This document shows, piece by piece, positions 39,482 to 49,770 of a stretch of 64,000 bases of DNA. How positions within the stretch are numbered: the stretch's first letter is position 1; each line of letters opens with the position of its first letter. Below the pieces are notes generated by a model, which made no database searches, was not told the origin of the DNA, and was given only the letters and a program-made list of their open reading frames with translations. Origin of the DNA: Candidatus Poribacteria bacterium. Lineage in GTDB: Bacteria; Poribacteria; WGA-4E; PCPOR2b. The position numbers and the translations under genes were made by a program. The stretch is from positions 1,600,001-1,664,000 of the forward strand of contig OZ220744.1 in assembly GCA_965116925.1 (NCBI GenBank), in the 5' to 3' direction.

Positions 39482-40255
39482 ATGTTACTCAAGCGAATCT
39501 TATACATCGGACTGGTATTAATTTCGGTTCTATTCACTGTAACTCTCGTCCAGTTGGGTTGGACGACCGAAGAGAAAAAAGTTGACCCTTCTATATCTCA
39601 AACTGAAGCGACACCTGATACCGCTACCATCATTGGCACGGTGAAATTTGAAGGGGAGGCCCCTTTTCGGCGTGCAATTAATTTCGGTGCCAATTTGGAT
39701 TGTAAACATCTACACGATGGCAAAGTCCATTACGAGGATGTCGTCATCAATCAGAATGATACCCTCAAGGATACGCTTGTTTATGTCAGAGGAAAACCGA
39801 AGGGAGACCATAAGCCATCGACAAAACCTATTGTGGTCGATCAGGTAGGTTGTATCTTTATTCCACACGTTGCAGCGGTGATGGTGGGTCAGCCGATGGA
39901 ATTTCTTAATAGCGATCCGGCACTTCACAATATTCGAACTGAATCGAAAAAACAGCGACCATTTAATATCTCCCAGCCGAATAAAGGCATGAAATACACG
40001 CACCAATTTGAGGCAGCTGAAATAGGGATTCCGCTCCGGTGCGATGTTCATCACTGGATGGTCGCTTACGCGCATGTCTTGTCGCATCCGTTCTATGCCG
40101 TTACTGGCGAGAAAGGCACTTTTAAGATTCAGGGCCTTGCGCCGCGTACTTACAACATTGAGGCGTGGCACAGTAAGTTAGGAGCACAGAAACAGAAGAT
40201 TACGTTGGCAGCGGGGGAAACTAAGACGGTGGATTTTGTATTTACTAGCGAGTGA
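39482..40255 (+). CDS. Exported cupredoxin-like protein with carboxypeptidase-regulatory-like domain
   Basis: N-terminal signal/anchor, DQVGCIFIPH, NSDPALHN, CDVHHWM (His...Cys-x2-His-x2-Met), GTFKIQGL...Y.IEAWH. Confidence 0.7.
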   Translation: MLLKRILYIGLVLISVLFTVTLVQLGWTTEEKKVDPSISQTEATPDTATIIGTVKFEGEAPFRRAINFGANLDCKHLHDGKVHYEDVVINQNDTLKDTLVYVRGKPKGDHKPSTKPIVVDQVGCIFIPHVAAVMVGQPMEFLNSDPALHNIRTESKKQRPFNISQPNKGMKYTHQFEAAEIGIPLRCDVHHWMVAYAHVLSHPFYAVTGEKGTFKIQGLAPRTYNIEAWHSKLGAQKQKITLAAGETKTVDFVFTSE

Positions 40256-40381
40256 CAGGAAACAGAAAACGAGAAGACGGGAAAGCGGGAGAACGAGAAG
40301 ATTTTTACCGCAGAGGTAGGGAGGCCACAGAGGAAGAAAAGAGAGTGAGCAGAGAAACCCCAAAGGCTCATGTTAAGATTT

Positions 40382-40472
40382 AGTGCAAAGAAACCGAGTT
40401 TGACCCCCTGACAAGGGGGCAGCGAAGGGGAGCTTCGCAGGGGGGTTAAAAAAACTCGGTTTCTGTTGTACT
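40382..40472. repeat. Inverted-repeat element between convergent genes
   Basis: AGTGCAAAGAAACCGAGTTT / AAACTCGGTTTCTGTTGTACT enclosing CCCCCT..AGGGGG hairpins; related end at 22321. Confidence 0.55.
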
Positions 40473-40481
40473 TTACATTGG

Positions 40482-42938
40482 TTACATCCCGAACCAATAC
40501 CGGCATTTAATGAGGAAGATATTCGACCCGTCATCGGTGAAACTCGATCTCAAACGATGAAACGGGCGAAAGTCGAGATCTGCTTCTTCTACACGATCTA
40601 GTTCAACCTCTCGTGATTGAGACCAAACCAGAAACAGGGTACTTCCGGGTCGAAATTCCCAGCGAAGCACGGTGTTGCCCCGTAGAGATCGTCGATGGAA
40701 GTCGCGGTTTTCGTTTAGTGGATACGGTTTGAACTGATACGACTTCGGTTCGACTAACTCCTTGAAACTTGTATAGTCTCCGATGGTGATGAAGGGTTGC
40801 ACGTAGAACTGAAGGCTCAACGTCGGGGTGAAGCTGATACTTGCACGGGTGGTGAAATCAAGTGTGCGATTTGCCAACTCTCCGTAGACGTAGTGTTTTT
40901 GAGTTTGCCCATTGATCTGCTCCTCAACCATTTCTACCCACTGTGCATCCCTCACTTGGTAGGAATAACTTGGTCCAATACTCACATCAATGTTAGAGGT
41001 GGGGCGAATACGCAGGGAAAGGTCTACATCGTAGTCATACGAACGCCTATCGTCGTTCCAAGCGAAAACGGGATTTAACTCCAATCGAACCATTTTGCGA
41101 CTGTCGGTAGCGAGCCATGTATAAATCCACCAACCTGCGGGATTCTTGATCAGCGTTCCACCGCGCCTAACATCGTGATCGCTAAACGTCTCTAGGTTGC
41201 GTCCTATCCAGAGGTCATAGTCCCAATAGTTCTTGAAGCGTCCACCTGTCCATATCTCGACGTAACCGCTGATATGGGTCCTGTCATAATTCCACGTCTG
41301 CCAACCGTAGAGTCCCAGAATAGCGCGTCGGAAAATGCTGAACGGCTTCTCCTTCCGCACCGTGAGGTCGTAGTTCCATTCAATCTTGTCAGAACGACGA
41401 AGATAACCAAGATCATTTATCTCCAGATCCGGGGAGAGCATTTTAACATTGGTTTCCCCTCTCAACCACCCACCGTGTTTGTCTATTTCAAGGTGTGCGA
41501 GGTAGCCCGACTTACGCGCCTCCTGTTCTCCTGCTTGACTTGCTGCCAACGTGCCGGTCAGCTGAAACCGCTCTTTGGCGAATTTTACATCCCAATCAAC
41601 TCCGCCAACATAGGCGGAGTTGGAATCCTGTCGATTCACAGCGGTCATTATCACCCCAACGACCGAATTCCCTTTCAGCACGTCCTGATTGATTCGACCC
41701 ACAAAGTAGTTGGTTAACGGTTCCACGAGGAACTCTCGTTCTATCTTGTCCCCATTGACCTTTTCTTCAATCTGCGCGTATTCTGGCGAAGTAACCGCCT
41801 CCATAATACCAAAGTGGGTGTTGCCTTGGGTTTTCCCGACAATTTTGGTGGCACCGAGAATTGTAGTTGATTCCGGACGACTCAGTTCGGTGGCACCGTT
41901 GGGAAGTTCAAAGTGTCCCGGTCGCCGCCCGATTCGTCGTGAATAAAGGAAGCTATAGTCCAAGTTTTCAAAGATCCGTGCCCCTTTCACAAAAAAGGGA
42001 CGACGTTCATTAAAATACTCCTCATAAGCCGAGAGATTTAAGGTCGCAGGGTCCGCCTCCACCTGTCCAAAGTCGGGATTAATCGTGGCATCCAGTGAAA
42101 TTCCGGAGCTAATTCCATATTGAACATCGGTTCCCACATTGCCCCATAACTCGGTCTCATCATTGAGGCGTGTGCGCCCCATGACGTAAGGTACTAGCTC
42201 CAGATGACGGGACGGGTGGATATCCTTAATACCAGTAAGATCGCCGAACCGAGACGCCCAGCCGGGTTCATCGCGCTTGACGAAACGCCAGTGGTCCTGT
42301 TCTTTTTTGCGACTGATGTATCGTTCGACCTGTAGTCCCCAGGTGTATTCATTTTTTGGGGAGAAGCGCAATATATGAAACGGGATTTTATATTCTGCTA
42401 TCCAGCCATTTTCGTGGATTTGGGTTTTTACCTCCCACACACCGTCCCATGTGCTGTCCCACCAACCGGTTTCAGGTGCAATACCGTCGGTCACGGAGCC
42501 AGAGGGATAGGCAGTAAACCAGAAAGCACTCTGTCGGTTGTAGTGCGGGTCAAGGCTAACGGTGACTTTATCCGATTCAACATAATTGTCCCGTCTGACC
42601 AATCGGGAGACAATTTTATTGGGATCATCATCGTAGCACATAATCGCAAAATAGACCGCTTCGTCATCGTAGGCAATTTGGAACGTGGTGCGTTCCGTCG
42701 CCGGTTTTCCTTCATCCGGGTCGCGCTGGCGAAAACCTTCGTGGAGAGGTGCGGTTTTCCAAATCTTGTCGTCCAAAATGCCATCCAACTGCGGTGGTAC
42801 ACCGTTGATTCGGATAGCGGTAGCGGTTCTATGATGTGGGTCTGCCTCATCTGCAGCCTGTCCGTCGCCTGGGGATTGAACCGCTAAAAAGATAGTAAGA
42901 AACGCCCAGACGACCCAATAGTTGAAAACAAATTTCAC
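40482..42938 (-). CDS. CBM9-like plus DUF5916 outer-membrane beta-barrel-type protein
   Basis: LDGILDD..W, GWIAEYKIPF..LRF, TINPDFGQVEADP..LNLS..E.YF.ERRPFF, YSRRIG, LRWEFRPGS.LFLVW. Confidence 0.8.
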   Translation of the reverse strand: MKFVFNYWVVWAFLTIFLAVQSPGDGQAADEADPHHRTATAIRINGVPPQLDGILDDKIWKTAPLHEGFRQRDPDEGKPATERTTFQIAYDDEAVYFAIMCYDDDPNKIVSRLVRRDNYVESDKVTVSLDPHYNRQSAFWFTAYPSGSVTDGIAPETGWWDSTWDGVWEVKTQIHENGWIAEYKIPFHILRFSPKNEYTWGLQVERYISRKKEQDHWRFVKRDEPGWASRFGDLTGIKDIHPSRHLELVPYVMGRTRLNDETELWGNVGTDVQYGISSGISLDATINPDFGQVEADPATLNLSAYEEYFNERRPFFVKGARIFENLDYSFLYSRRIGRRPGHFELPNGATELSRPESTTILGATKIVGKTQGNTHFGIMEAVTSPEYAQIEEKVNGDKIEREFLVEPLTNYFVGRINQDVLKGNSVVGVIMTAVNRQDSNSAYVGGVDWDVKFAKERFQLTGTLAASQAGEQEARKSGYLAHLEIDKHGGWLRGETNVKMLSPDLEINDLGYLRRSDKIEWNYDLTVRKEKPFSIFRRAILGLYGWQTWNYDRTHISGYVEIWTGGRFKNYWDYDLWIGRNLETFSDHDVRRGGTLIKNPAGWWIYTWLATDSRKMVRLELNPVFAWNDDRRSYDYDVDLSLRIRPTSNIDVSIGPSYSYQVRDAQWVEMVEEQINGQTQKHYVYGELANRTLDFTTRASISFTPTLSLQFYVQPFITIGDYTSFKELVEPKSYQFKPYPLNENRDFHRRSLRGNTVLRWEFRPGSTLFLVWSQSREVELDRVEEADLDFRPFHRLRSSFTDDGSNIFLIKCRYWFGM

Positions 42939-43158
42939 AGTTGTTTTTTCTCCTTTACGTAGTTGTTTGCCTATTGAACCCCGTTTGTGGGATAGACTTC
43001 AGATTTTTCTCAATGCAGGCTACTGACAAAATGCTTGAAACAATTTGCAGAGGTATATACAATAGATGTGTGATTCAGATTGGCAAGGAATTAAACTGCA
43101 TTTTTAGCACATTCAATACACATCAGATTAGACCAAACAATCAAGGAGACTCAAACTG

Positions 43159-44988
43159 ATGAGAACAGTCGTTTTTCGTTTTACCCTTTTCATGGTTATT
43201 TGCTTTATCCTTGTATTAATAGATGGAAACACGCTGCTGTGGGCACTTCCTGAGTCGTTTGTACCTACTGCGAAGTATCTTTTTGAGACGATTGAGGTGC
43301 CCGGCGTCCATTTTCTGGAGTTGACTTCAAGCAATGACCTTGGGGATTATGCGGGCAACACTCGTAGCCCCGATGGCGAGAATATGATTGGCTTCACACT
43401 GATTGACGGGGTACTTTCTACCTACGGTGTCCCCGATTCCCTCACCTTTGGTTTCTACGGACTCAACAATGCAGGGCAGACTGTGGGTTTCTATCAGGAT
43501 GCGAACGAGGTTTCTCACGGTGTGATTGTGCAGGACGGTGAATTGACAAAATACGATTTTCCGGGGGCAGCCGAAACGGAGATCTTTGGTGTTAGTGAAT
43601 CAGGGCTACTTATTGGTGATATTTTTGATGCTGCTGGGGCCATTCACGGCTTTGTGGGCGATGAACAGTTTGATGTGCCTGGGGCGGTGACAACCTATGC
43701 CGATGATATGAACGCTGCGGGCAGCCTCGTTGGAAGCTACGTAGATGCCGATGGTGTATATCACGGGTATATACGTCACGCCGACGGTAGTTTTACCACT
43801 TTTGACTATCCGGGTGTGTTGTCAAACCTAGAATACCTTTTCGTGAACGCTATCAGCGATGCCGGCGTCATCGTGTTCAGAGCCAAAGCGTTTGACGATT
43901 TGGAACGGACTTATATCCGTCTCCCGAATGATACGGTGAAGGAGCTGAAATTCCCGGGTAGCGCGACGACGGTGGCGCGAGATATTACTGGGGACGGGCA
44001 GATTGTCGGTTACTACGACACGCTAGATGGACGCAGACACGGATTTATTGCCAAACCCTTTGCTAGTGAAACTGTGGAAGATTTTAGCAACGTTTACTCA
44101 GTTGCTTTCTCCAGAGGCTTGAACATGCTCTCGATTCCCCTAAAGCCAAAGACACCGCTGACCGCCCGTTCCTTAGCAGAGATGATTGGGGCAACAATAG
44201 TGATTACTCTAGATGAGATGAATCAGAAATTTGTGGGTTGGACGCCGGACACGCCAGACGATGGATTTCCGATTGAAGGCGGGAAGGGGTACATCGTCAA
44301 TCTCTTGCGGCACCGAGAGGTTACCTTCGTTGGCGCAGCGTGGGGAAACCAATTGCAAGCTGCAGCGGCACCGAGCGTAACATCGAACGAAGGAACTTGG
44401 GCGTTTGTCCTTAGTGGACACTTGGAGAGTGAGCGGAACCTCAATGGCTATCTGGTCACGGCGCGAAACCTACGCACCAATGCTATCATGACAGGTAATG
44501 TACGAGATGGGTACTTCGCCGTGGCGACCGCCGATCTCTCACGCCGGAGTATCGTGCAGGTTGGCGATTCCTTAGAAGTCGCTGTCACCGATACAACCGG
44601 GGAGATTGCTTCGGAAAAATTCAATTTCATAGTAACGCCCGACACGCTTGCAAATGCGGTTTTGCCAGTAACGCTTGATGGCGTTGGTGCGCCGAAGCAG
44701 ACGCTTCTACTACAGAACTATCCGAACCCGTTCAACCCTGAAACGTGGATACCGTATTACCTTTCGGACGCTGCGTCTGTGACGATATCAATCTATGATG
44801 CGACCGGACAACGAATTCGGAGACTTGCGCTAGGAGTCCAAGCGGCAGGTTTCTATCAAAGTCGGTCCCATGCCGCCTATTGGGACGGGCGGAATGATTT
44901 GGGCGAGCGGGTTTCCAGTGGGGTCTATTTCTACCAATTGTCCACCCCATCGGAGCACCAGATGAAGCGGATGGTTATTGTAAAATAG
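43159..44988 (+). CDS. Secreted protein with HAF-like beta repeats and long C-terminal FlgD/T9SS-like module
   Basis: Repeats GLNNAGQTVG.Y...HG, DMNAAGSLVG.Y...HG, DITGDGQIVG.Y...HG; tail GLNMLSIPL...GFPIEGGKGY...LLQNYPNPFNPETWIPY. Confidence 0.75.
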   Translation: MRTVVFRFTLFMVICFILVLIDGNTLLWALPESFVPTAKYLFETIEVPGVHFLELTSSNDLGDYAGNTRSPDGENMIGFTLIDGVLSTYGVPDSLTFGFYGLNNAGQTVGFYQDANEVSHGVIVQDGELTKYDFPGAAETEIFGVSESGLLIGDIFDAAGAIHGFVGDEQFDVPGAVTTYADDMNAAGSLVGSYVDADGVYHGYIRHADGSFTTFDYPGVLSNLEYLFVNAISDAGVIVFRAKAFDDLERTYIRLPNDTVKELKFPGSATTVARDITGDGQIVGYYDTLDGRRHGFIAKPFASETVEDFSNVYSVAFSRGLNMLSIPLKPKTPLTARSLAEMIGATIVITLDEMNQKFVGWTPDTPDDGFPIEGGKGYIVNLLRHREVTFVGAAWGNQLQAAAAPSVTSNEGTWAFVLSGHLESERNLNGYLVTARNLRTNAIMTGNVRDGYFAVATADLSRRSIVQVGDSLEVAVTDTTGEIASEKFNFIVTPDTLANAVLPVTLDGVGAPKQTLLLQNYPNPFNPETWIPYYLSDAASVTISIYDATGQRIRRLALGVQAAGFYQSRSHAAYWDGRNDLGERVSSGVYFYQLSTPSEHQMKRMVIVK

Positions 44989-45107
44989 TATCAAATGAAG
45001 TTCATATCCCCTGCCTAAAGAAACACCGAATCTACCCCCAAAGCCTAGTGGAGCAATAGGAGGCAACTTATGTTGCCACCAAAGGATTAGCTTCTAATTA
45101 AAGATTA

Positions 45108-46238
45108 ATGGAGTCTTCCTTGTCCAAACACAGCCAATGGTCAGCAACAGATCGAAAATTTATGAAACACGCCTTGACGTTAGCATCGAAGGCGCGTGGC
45201 CGCACCAATCCGAATCCGATGGTCGGTGCGGTGATTGTCAGGGAGGGTGAAGTTGTCGGCGAAGGGTATCACCAAAGAGCCGGGGATGCCCACGCAGAGA
45301 TTCATGCGCTGAATCAAGCGGGAGGACTTGCGGAGGGTGCGACAATGTACGTCACGCTAGAACCGTGTTGTCATTGGGGACGGACGCCGCCCTGCACCGA
45401 GGCCGTCATTCGTGCGAAGCTAGCGGACGTTTTTGTTGCGATGAAAGATCCAAACCCACGGGTTGCTGGCAACGGTATACGTCAACTTGAAGAAGCTGGA
45501 ATACCCGTTCAGGTAGGGATCTGTGAGGAGGAAGCAAAGCAGCTTAACGAAGTATTCATCAAATACATCACTACCCAGTGTCCCTTTGTCCTCCTTAAAT
45601 CCGCAATCAGTCTAGATGGAAAGATCGCTACCGCTTCAGGCGAATCCCAGTGGATTACCTCAGAAGCATCGCGGTTAAAGGGGCATCAGGTCCGTGCTCA
45701 GGTGGACGCGATTCTCGTCGGCGTTGGGACCGTGCTGCAAGACAACCCAGCGTTGACTGCGCGTCTCCCAGAGAGGCGAAACGAAGATCCAATTCGCGTG
45801 GTCGTTGATTCGCGTGGTCGCACGCCGCTCGGAGCAAAAGTTTTTAATCCGGACAGCAATGCGGGCACACTAATCGCCGTCACAGAAAATGCACCCCTAG
45901 AACAAATCGAAGCCTTGAAATCCGCCGGTGCCGATCTGCTCATCATTGAAGAGAAAGAAGGACGGGTCTGTTTAAGCGCGTTAATGCGAGAACTTGGACG
46001 AAGAGAAATCACTAGTGTGCTGATCGAAGGTGGTGGAGAAATCAATGCCGCTGCCCTACAAGCGGGAATCGTCGATAAGTTAATGTTCTTTATTGCGCCA
46101 AAACTTATAGGTGGTGAAGATGCCCCCGGTCCCATTGGCGGCGCGGGGATTGCTCGTTTGGCTGAGGCTTTTGAACTCCACGACGCGAAAATCTCCCAAA
46201 TCGGGGCAGATTTTCTGATTGAAGGACATTTGTCGTAG
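45108..46238 (+). CDS. ribD: Bifunctional riboflavin deaminase/reductase
   Basis: PNPMVGAV, HAE, TLEPCCHWGRTPPC, SLDGKIA, IEGG. Confidence 0.97.
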   Translation: MESSLSKHSQWSATDRKFMKHALTLASKARGRTNPNPMVGAVIVREGEVVGEGYHQRAGDAHAEIHALNQAGGLAEGATMYVTLEPCCHWGRTPPCTEAVIRAKLADVFVAMKDPNPRVAGNGIRQLEEAGIPVQVGICEEEAKQLNEVFIKYITTQCPFVLLKSAISLDGKIATASGESQWITSEASRLKGHQVRAQVDAILVGVGTVLQDNPALTARLPERRNEDPIRVVVDSRGRTPLGAKVFNPDSNAGTLIAVTENAPLEQIEALKSAGADLLIIEEKEGRVCLSALMRELGRREITSVLIEGGGEINAAALQAGIVDKLMFFIAPKLIGGEDAPGPIGGAGIARLAEAFELHDAKISQIGADFLIEGHLS

Positions 46239-46262
46239 TGTTTTCCGCAGGGAAATAAGGTG

Positions 46263-46688
46263 ATGAAAAGATACGAATATCTAGAGCATACCGGCGATAT
46301 CGGGATCCGCGCGTATGGGAGCACGCTGGAGGAACTATTCATTAACGCAGCGCAAGGACTACTTGCAGCTACCGCAGATCTCAGCACGGTTGGCACAACG
46401 ACACAAACTGAAATCGAGGTGTCGGCGGAATCCCTTGAAGAACTGATGGTAGCGTGGCTAGATGAGTTAAATTTTCGGCATGAGGTGGAAGAAATTTTCT
46501 TTGGAGGGGTTGAGATTCGAGAGATTGCCACAGCTCCGTACTGGCTGACAGCGGTTGCCTATGGCGATCCGGTGGATTTTACGAAACACGTTGTCTACAC
46601 AGAGATTAAAAGCATTACCTATCATCAATTAATCGTTGAGCAAACCCCGGATGCCCGGTGGATGGCACAGGTAATTTTCGACCTGTAG
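46263..46688 (+). CDS. Archease
   Basis: YEYLEHTGD, EIKSITYH, C-terminal IFDL. Confidence 0.92.
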   Translation: MKRYEYLEHTGDIGIRAYGSTLEELFINAAQGLLAATADLSTVGTTTQTEIEVSAESLEELMVAWLDELNFRHEVEEIFFGGVEIREIATAPYWLTAVAYGDPVDFTKHVVYTEIKSITYHQLIVEQTPDARWMAQVIFDL

Positions 46689-46695
46689 CGGTTTA

Positions 46696-48366
46696 TTAAA
46701 CCCGCATAACCACAGGAAGTACCATCGGGCGCCGATCTGTTTTCTTCTTGAAAAATCGTCGTAGAACAATCCGAATCTCTTCCTGTACTGTTTCGGTTTC
46801 GCTCTTACTCCCCGGACTCAGATGGTTGATTGCATGGATAACAATCTCTTTGGCTTCGTTCATCAAATCCTCCGATTCATCCATGTGGACAAACCCTCTC
46901 GAAACCATATCTGGCCCCGCGGTCACTTCACCGCTGTTGCTGTTGAGGACGACAATCGGAATGACCATACCATCTTGAGCAAGTTGCTGACGATCATGCA
47001 CCACGATGTTCTCAACGCCCATATCAATCTTTCCATCCACTAGAACCTGCCCCGCCGGCACCTTGCCCTGGACACCACAGAAATCAGGGGTCAAGGTGAT
47101 TAAATCGCCATCTTCAGCGACGGTAATATTTTCTGAAGAAATTCCAACTCCCTCTGCAAGTTCCGCGTGTTGCACAAGATTGCTGTATTCACCGTGCGCC
47201 GGAATAAAGAATTTAGGACGAACAAGGTTCATCATCAACTTAAGGTCTTCCTGCGCGCCATGCCCCGAAACGTGGATGTTGGCGTTTCTTTCGTGTAGGA
47301 CATGTGCACCACGCCGCAGCAGGTGGTTAATCATGTGCCGGACAGATAGCTCGTTGCCCGGGATGATTCTCGCAGAAATCACAACAGTATCCCCCGGCTC
47401 AATATGCAGAAACGCATGGTCATCCTTTGCAATGAGTGCCATTGCGGATCTCGGCTCACCCTGACTGCCGGTACTGAGCACCACGACCTCATGGGGCGCG
47501 AACCGATCCGCTTCACGCGCATCGATCAGGAGGTTGTGCGGGACATCTAAATATCCCAACTCCGAGGCCGTCCGGATGTTATTAATCATTGAACGTCCAG
47601 AGACCGCTATCAAACGGTGGTGTTCAACGGCAAGATCTATAAACTGCTGGACGCGATGCAGGCTCGACGAAAAGGTGGCAAGGAAAAGCCCACCCGTTGT
47701 TCGTTGAAATACTCCATTCAAGTCGGCATAGATTGATCTTTCGGACGGAGTGAAGCCGGGGCGGTCGGCGTTGGTGCTGTCAGAGATGAGCAGTAGCACC
47801 CCCTTCTCGCCGAGCGCAGCGAGTTTGTGAATCTCAGTCAGGCGATTGTCAACGGGAGTTTGATCGAACTTGAAATCACTGGCGTGGACGATGATTCCGA
47901 CGGGAGTATGAATGGCGACCGCAACAGTGTCAGGAATACTGTGTGCGACATGAATAAACTCTAGGTTGAAACAGCCGAGTTGCAGCGTGTCATCAGGATG
48001 AATGACGTTTAACTGCGCCATCTCCAAGACACCATATTCACGTAGTCTCCCTTTAGCGAAAGCAAGCGTTAATTCAGTGCCATAGATAGGCACGTTAATC
48101 TGCCGGAGAAAGAATGCAAGCCCACCGACATGGTCCTCATGTGCATGAGTAATGATGATACCCTTAATTTTATCTCGGTTCTCGCGCAGATATGTGATGT
48201 CTGGAAAAACCAGATCTACGCCGGGCATATCGGCTTCCGGGAACATTAGCCCGGCATCCACGACGATGATGTCGTCGCCATATTGGTACACCATCATGTT
48301 TAGACCGAACTCCCCTAATCCACCGATAGGAACAATCGACACACCTGCGTCTCGGTTTTCAGACAT
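46696..48366 (-). CDS. rnj: Ribonuclease J
   Basis: GGLGEFGLNM, THAHEDHVG, HSIPD, DSTN, GSQGEP, HVSGH, HGE. Confidence 0.96.
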   Translation of the reverse strand: MSENRDAGVSIVPIGGLGEFGLNMMVYQYGDDIIVVDAGLMFPEADMPGVDLVFPDITYLRENRDKIKGIIITHAHEDHVGGLAFFLRQINVPIYGTELTLAFAKGRLREYGVLEMAQLNVIHPDDTLQLGCFNLEFIHVAHSIPDTVAVAIHTPVGIIVHASDFKFDQTPVDNRLTEIHKLAALGEKGVLLLISDSTNADRPGFTPSERSIYADLNGVFQRTTGGLFLATFSSSLHRVQQFIDLAVEHHRLIAVSGRSMINNIRTASELGYLDVPHNLLIDAREADRFAPHEVVVLSTGSQGEPRSAMALIAKDDHAFLHIEPGDTVVISARIIPGNELSVRHMINHLLRRGAHVLHERNANIHVSGHGAQEDLKLMMNLVRPKFFIPAHGEYSNLVQHAELAEGVGISSENITVAEDGDLITLTPDFCGVQGKVPAGQVLVDGKIDMGVENIVVHDRQQLAQDGMVIPIVVLNSNSGEVTAGPDMVSRGFVHMDESEDLMNEAKEIVIHAINHLSPGSKSETETVQEEIRIVLRRFFKKKTDRRPMVLPVVMRV

Positions 48367-48489
48367 TATATATATAAATCCTCCAGATCGGTTCTTGAGT
48401 AATTCTGTTTGATAATAGCATATTAACCACGTTCATTATGGATAACTCTGATAATCTCGATAATGTTTACCTTTAGTCAAAAATTGGTA

Positions 48490-49530
48490 TTAGAAAGAGA
48501 CTCTCGTGAATTTTTGTTCTCCTTGGCCAGTAGAGTTGAAGACAAACATCATAGATTCAACGTGCCTTTGTACATCATTTATAACTTCAACGATTTCTTC
48601 ATAACTCTTGAGAGTTACTAATTGTTCTCTATATACCTTGACGTTTGGGATGCCCTTTAGATAGTTCTTATAGTGCCGTCTCATCTCTAAAACACCATGT
48701 CGCGTTCCCTTCCATTTAATGGAGAGTTCTAAATGCTTTTTTAAGATACCCAATCGCTCTTTGATGGAAGGAGGGGCAAGCAGCTGTCCGGTCGAAAAAT
48801 AGTGTTTAATCTCTCTAAAGATCCACGGGTAACCGATAGCGGCTCTTCCAACCATTATCCCATCAACACCATATTCTTGACGCATCTTGCGTGCCTTTTG
48901 TGGAGAATCCACATCCCCATTCCCAAAAACGGGGATTCTCATACGCGGATTGTCTTTAATTTCTCCAATGAGCGTCCAATCAGCACTCCCTTTATACATC
49001 TGTACACGGGTTCGTCCATGAATCGTAATCGCTTGGATGCCGACATCTTGTAATCTTTCTGCAACCTCAACGATGTATTGCGTCTTTTCATCCCAACCAA
49101 GTCGGGTTTTGACGGTAACGGGCAGCGTCGTCGATTTGACTATTTCGCGGGTCATCCTAACCATCTTCGGAACATCGCGCAAGATCCCTGCTCCCGCCCC
49201 TTTGCAAGTAATCTTCTTGACAGGGCAGCCGTAATTGATGTCAATTAAATCTGGATTCACCCGTTCTGCAATCCCCACCGCTGCTTTCATTGACTCAACA
49301 TCGCCTCCAAAAATCTGAATGCCTACCGGTCGTTCAGATTCAAAGATATCCAGTTTCATGACACTTTGCCGAGCGTTTCGGATCAGCCCTTCAGAAGATA
49401 TAAATTCCGTGTACATCAAGTCCACTCCACCCACCTTGCACACTGCACGAAAAGGGGGATCACTCACATCTTCCATTGGGGCTAATAACAGTGGAAAATC
49501 TCCTAACGCTATATCGCCAATTTTCAGCAT
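48490..49530 (-). CDS. dusB: tRNA-dihydrouridine synthase B
   Basis: LAPMEDV, DINYGCP, GAG, VKTRLGW, HGRT, GNGD, MVGR; start reassigned to MLKIG. Confidence 0.92.
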   Translation of the reverse strand: MLKIGDIALGDFPLLLAPMEDVSDPPFRAVCKVGGVDLMYTEFISSEGLIRNARQSVMKLDIFESERPVGIQIFGGDVESMKAAVGIAERVNPDLIDINYGCPVKKITCKGAGAGILRDVPKMVRMTREIVKSTTLPVTVKTRLGWDEKTQYIVEVAERLQDVGIQAITIHGRTRVQMYKGSADWTLIGEIKDNPRMRIPVFGNGDVDSPQKARKMRQEYGVDGIMVGRAAIGYPWIFREIKHYFSTGQLLAPPSIKERLGILKKHLELSIKWKGTRHGVLEMRRHYKNYLKGIPNVKVYREQLVTLKSYEEIVEVINDVQRHVESMMFVFNSTGQGEQKFTRVSF

Positions 49531-49770
49531 AACCTGAATCATCTCCAATTCATATTGTCCCTGCATGGCGGCATCATGCGGAACTTCAATTTGGTCGCAA
49601 ACGGCTATGAAATTATAAGGACTTATTAGCGGTTTGTCAAATCGGAAATGAAACACACGAAAATTTATGGGCAAAGCGAACGATATGGATGTTAAACTAT
49701 AGTAGATTTAAGATGATAAACTTGAGGTGGCTGCGCGGGGCATTCAGTCGCTCAAGAAAGGAAGTATAGA

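Noticed and set aside
43081..43100. TGGCAAGGAATTAAACTGCA as a sigma-54 promoter
   Set aside because: GG-to-GC spacing is not 10 bp.
45698..46531. Long antisense ORFs (this one, 2561-3241, 50674-51333, 9096-9680 and similar)
   Set aside because: They are shadows of well-supported genes on the opposite strand and carry no motifs.
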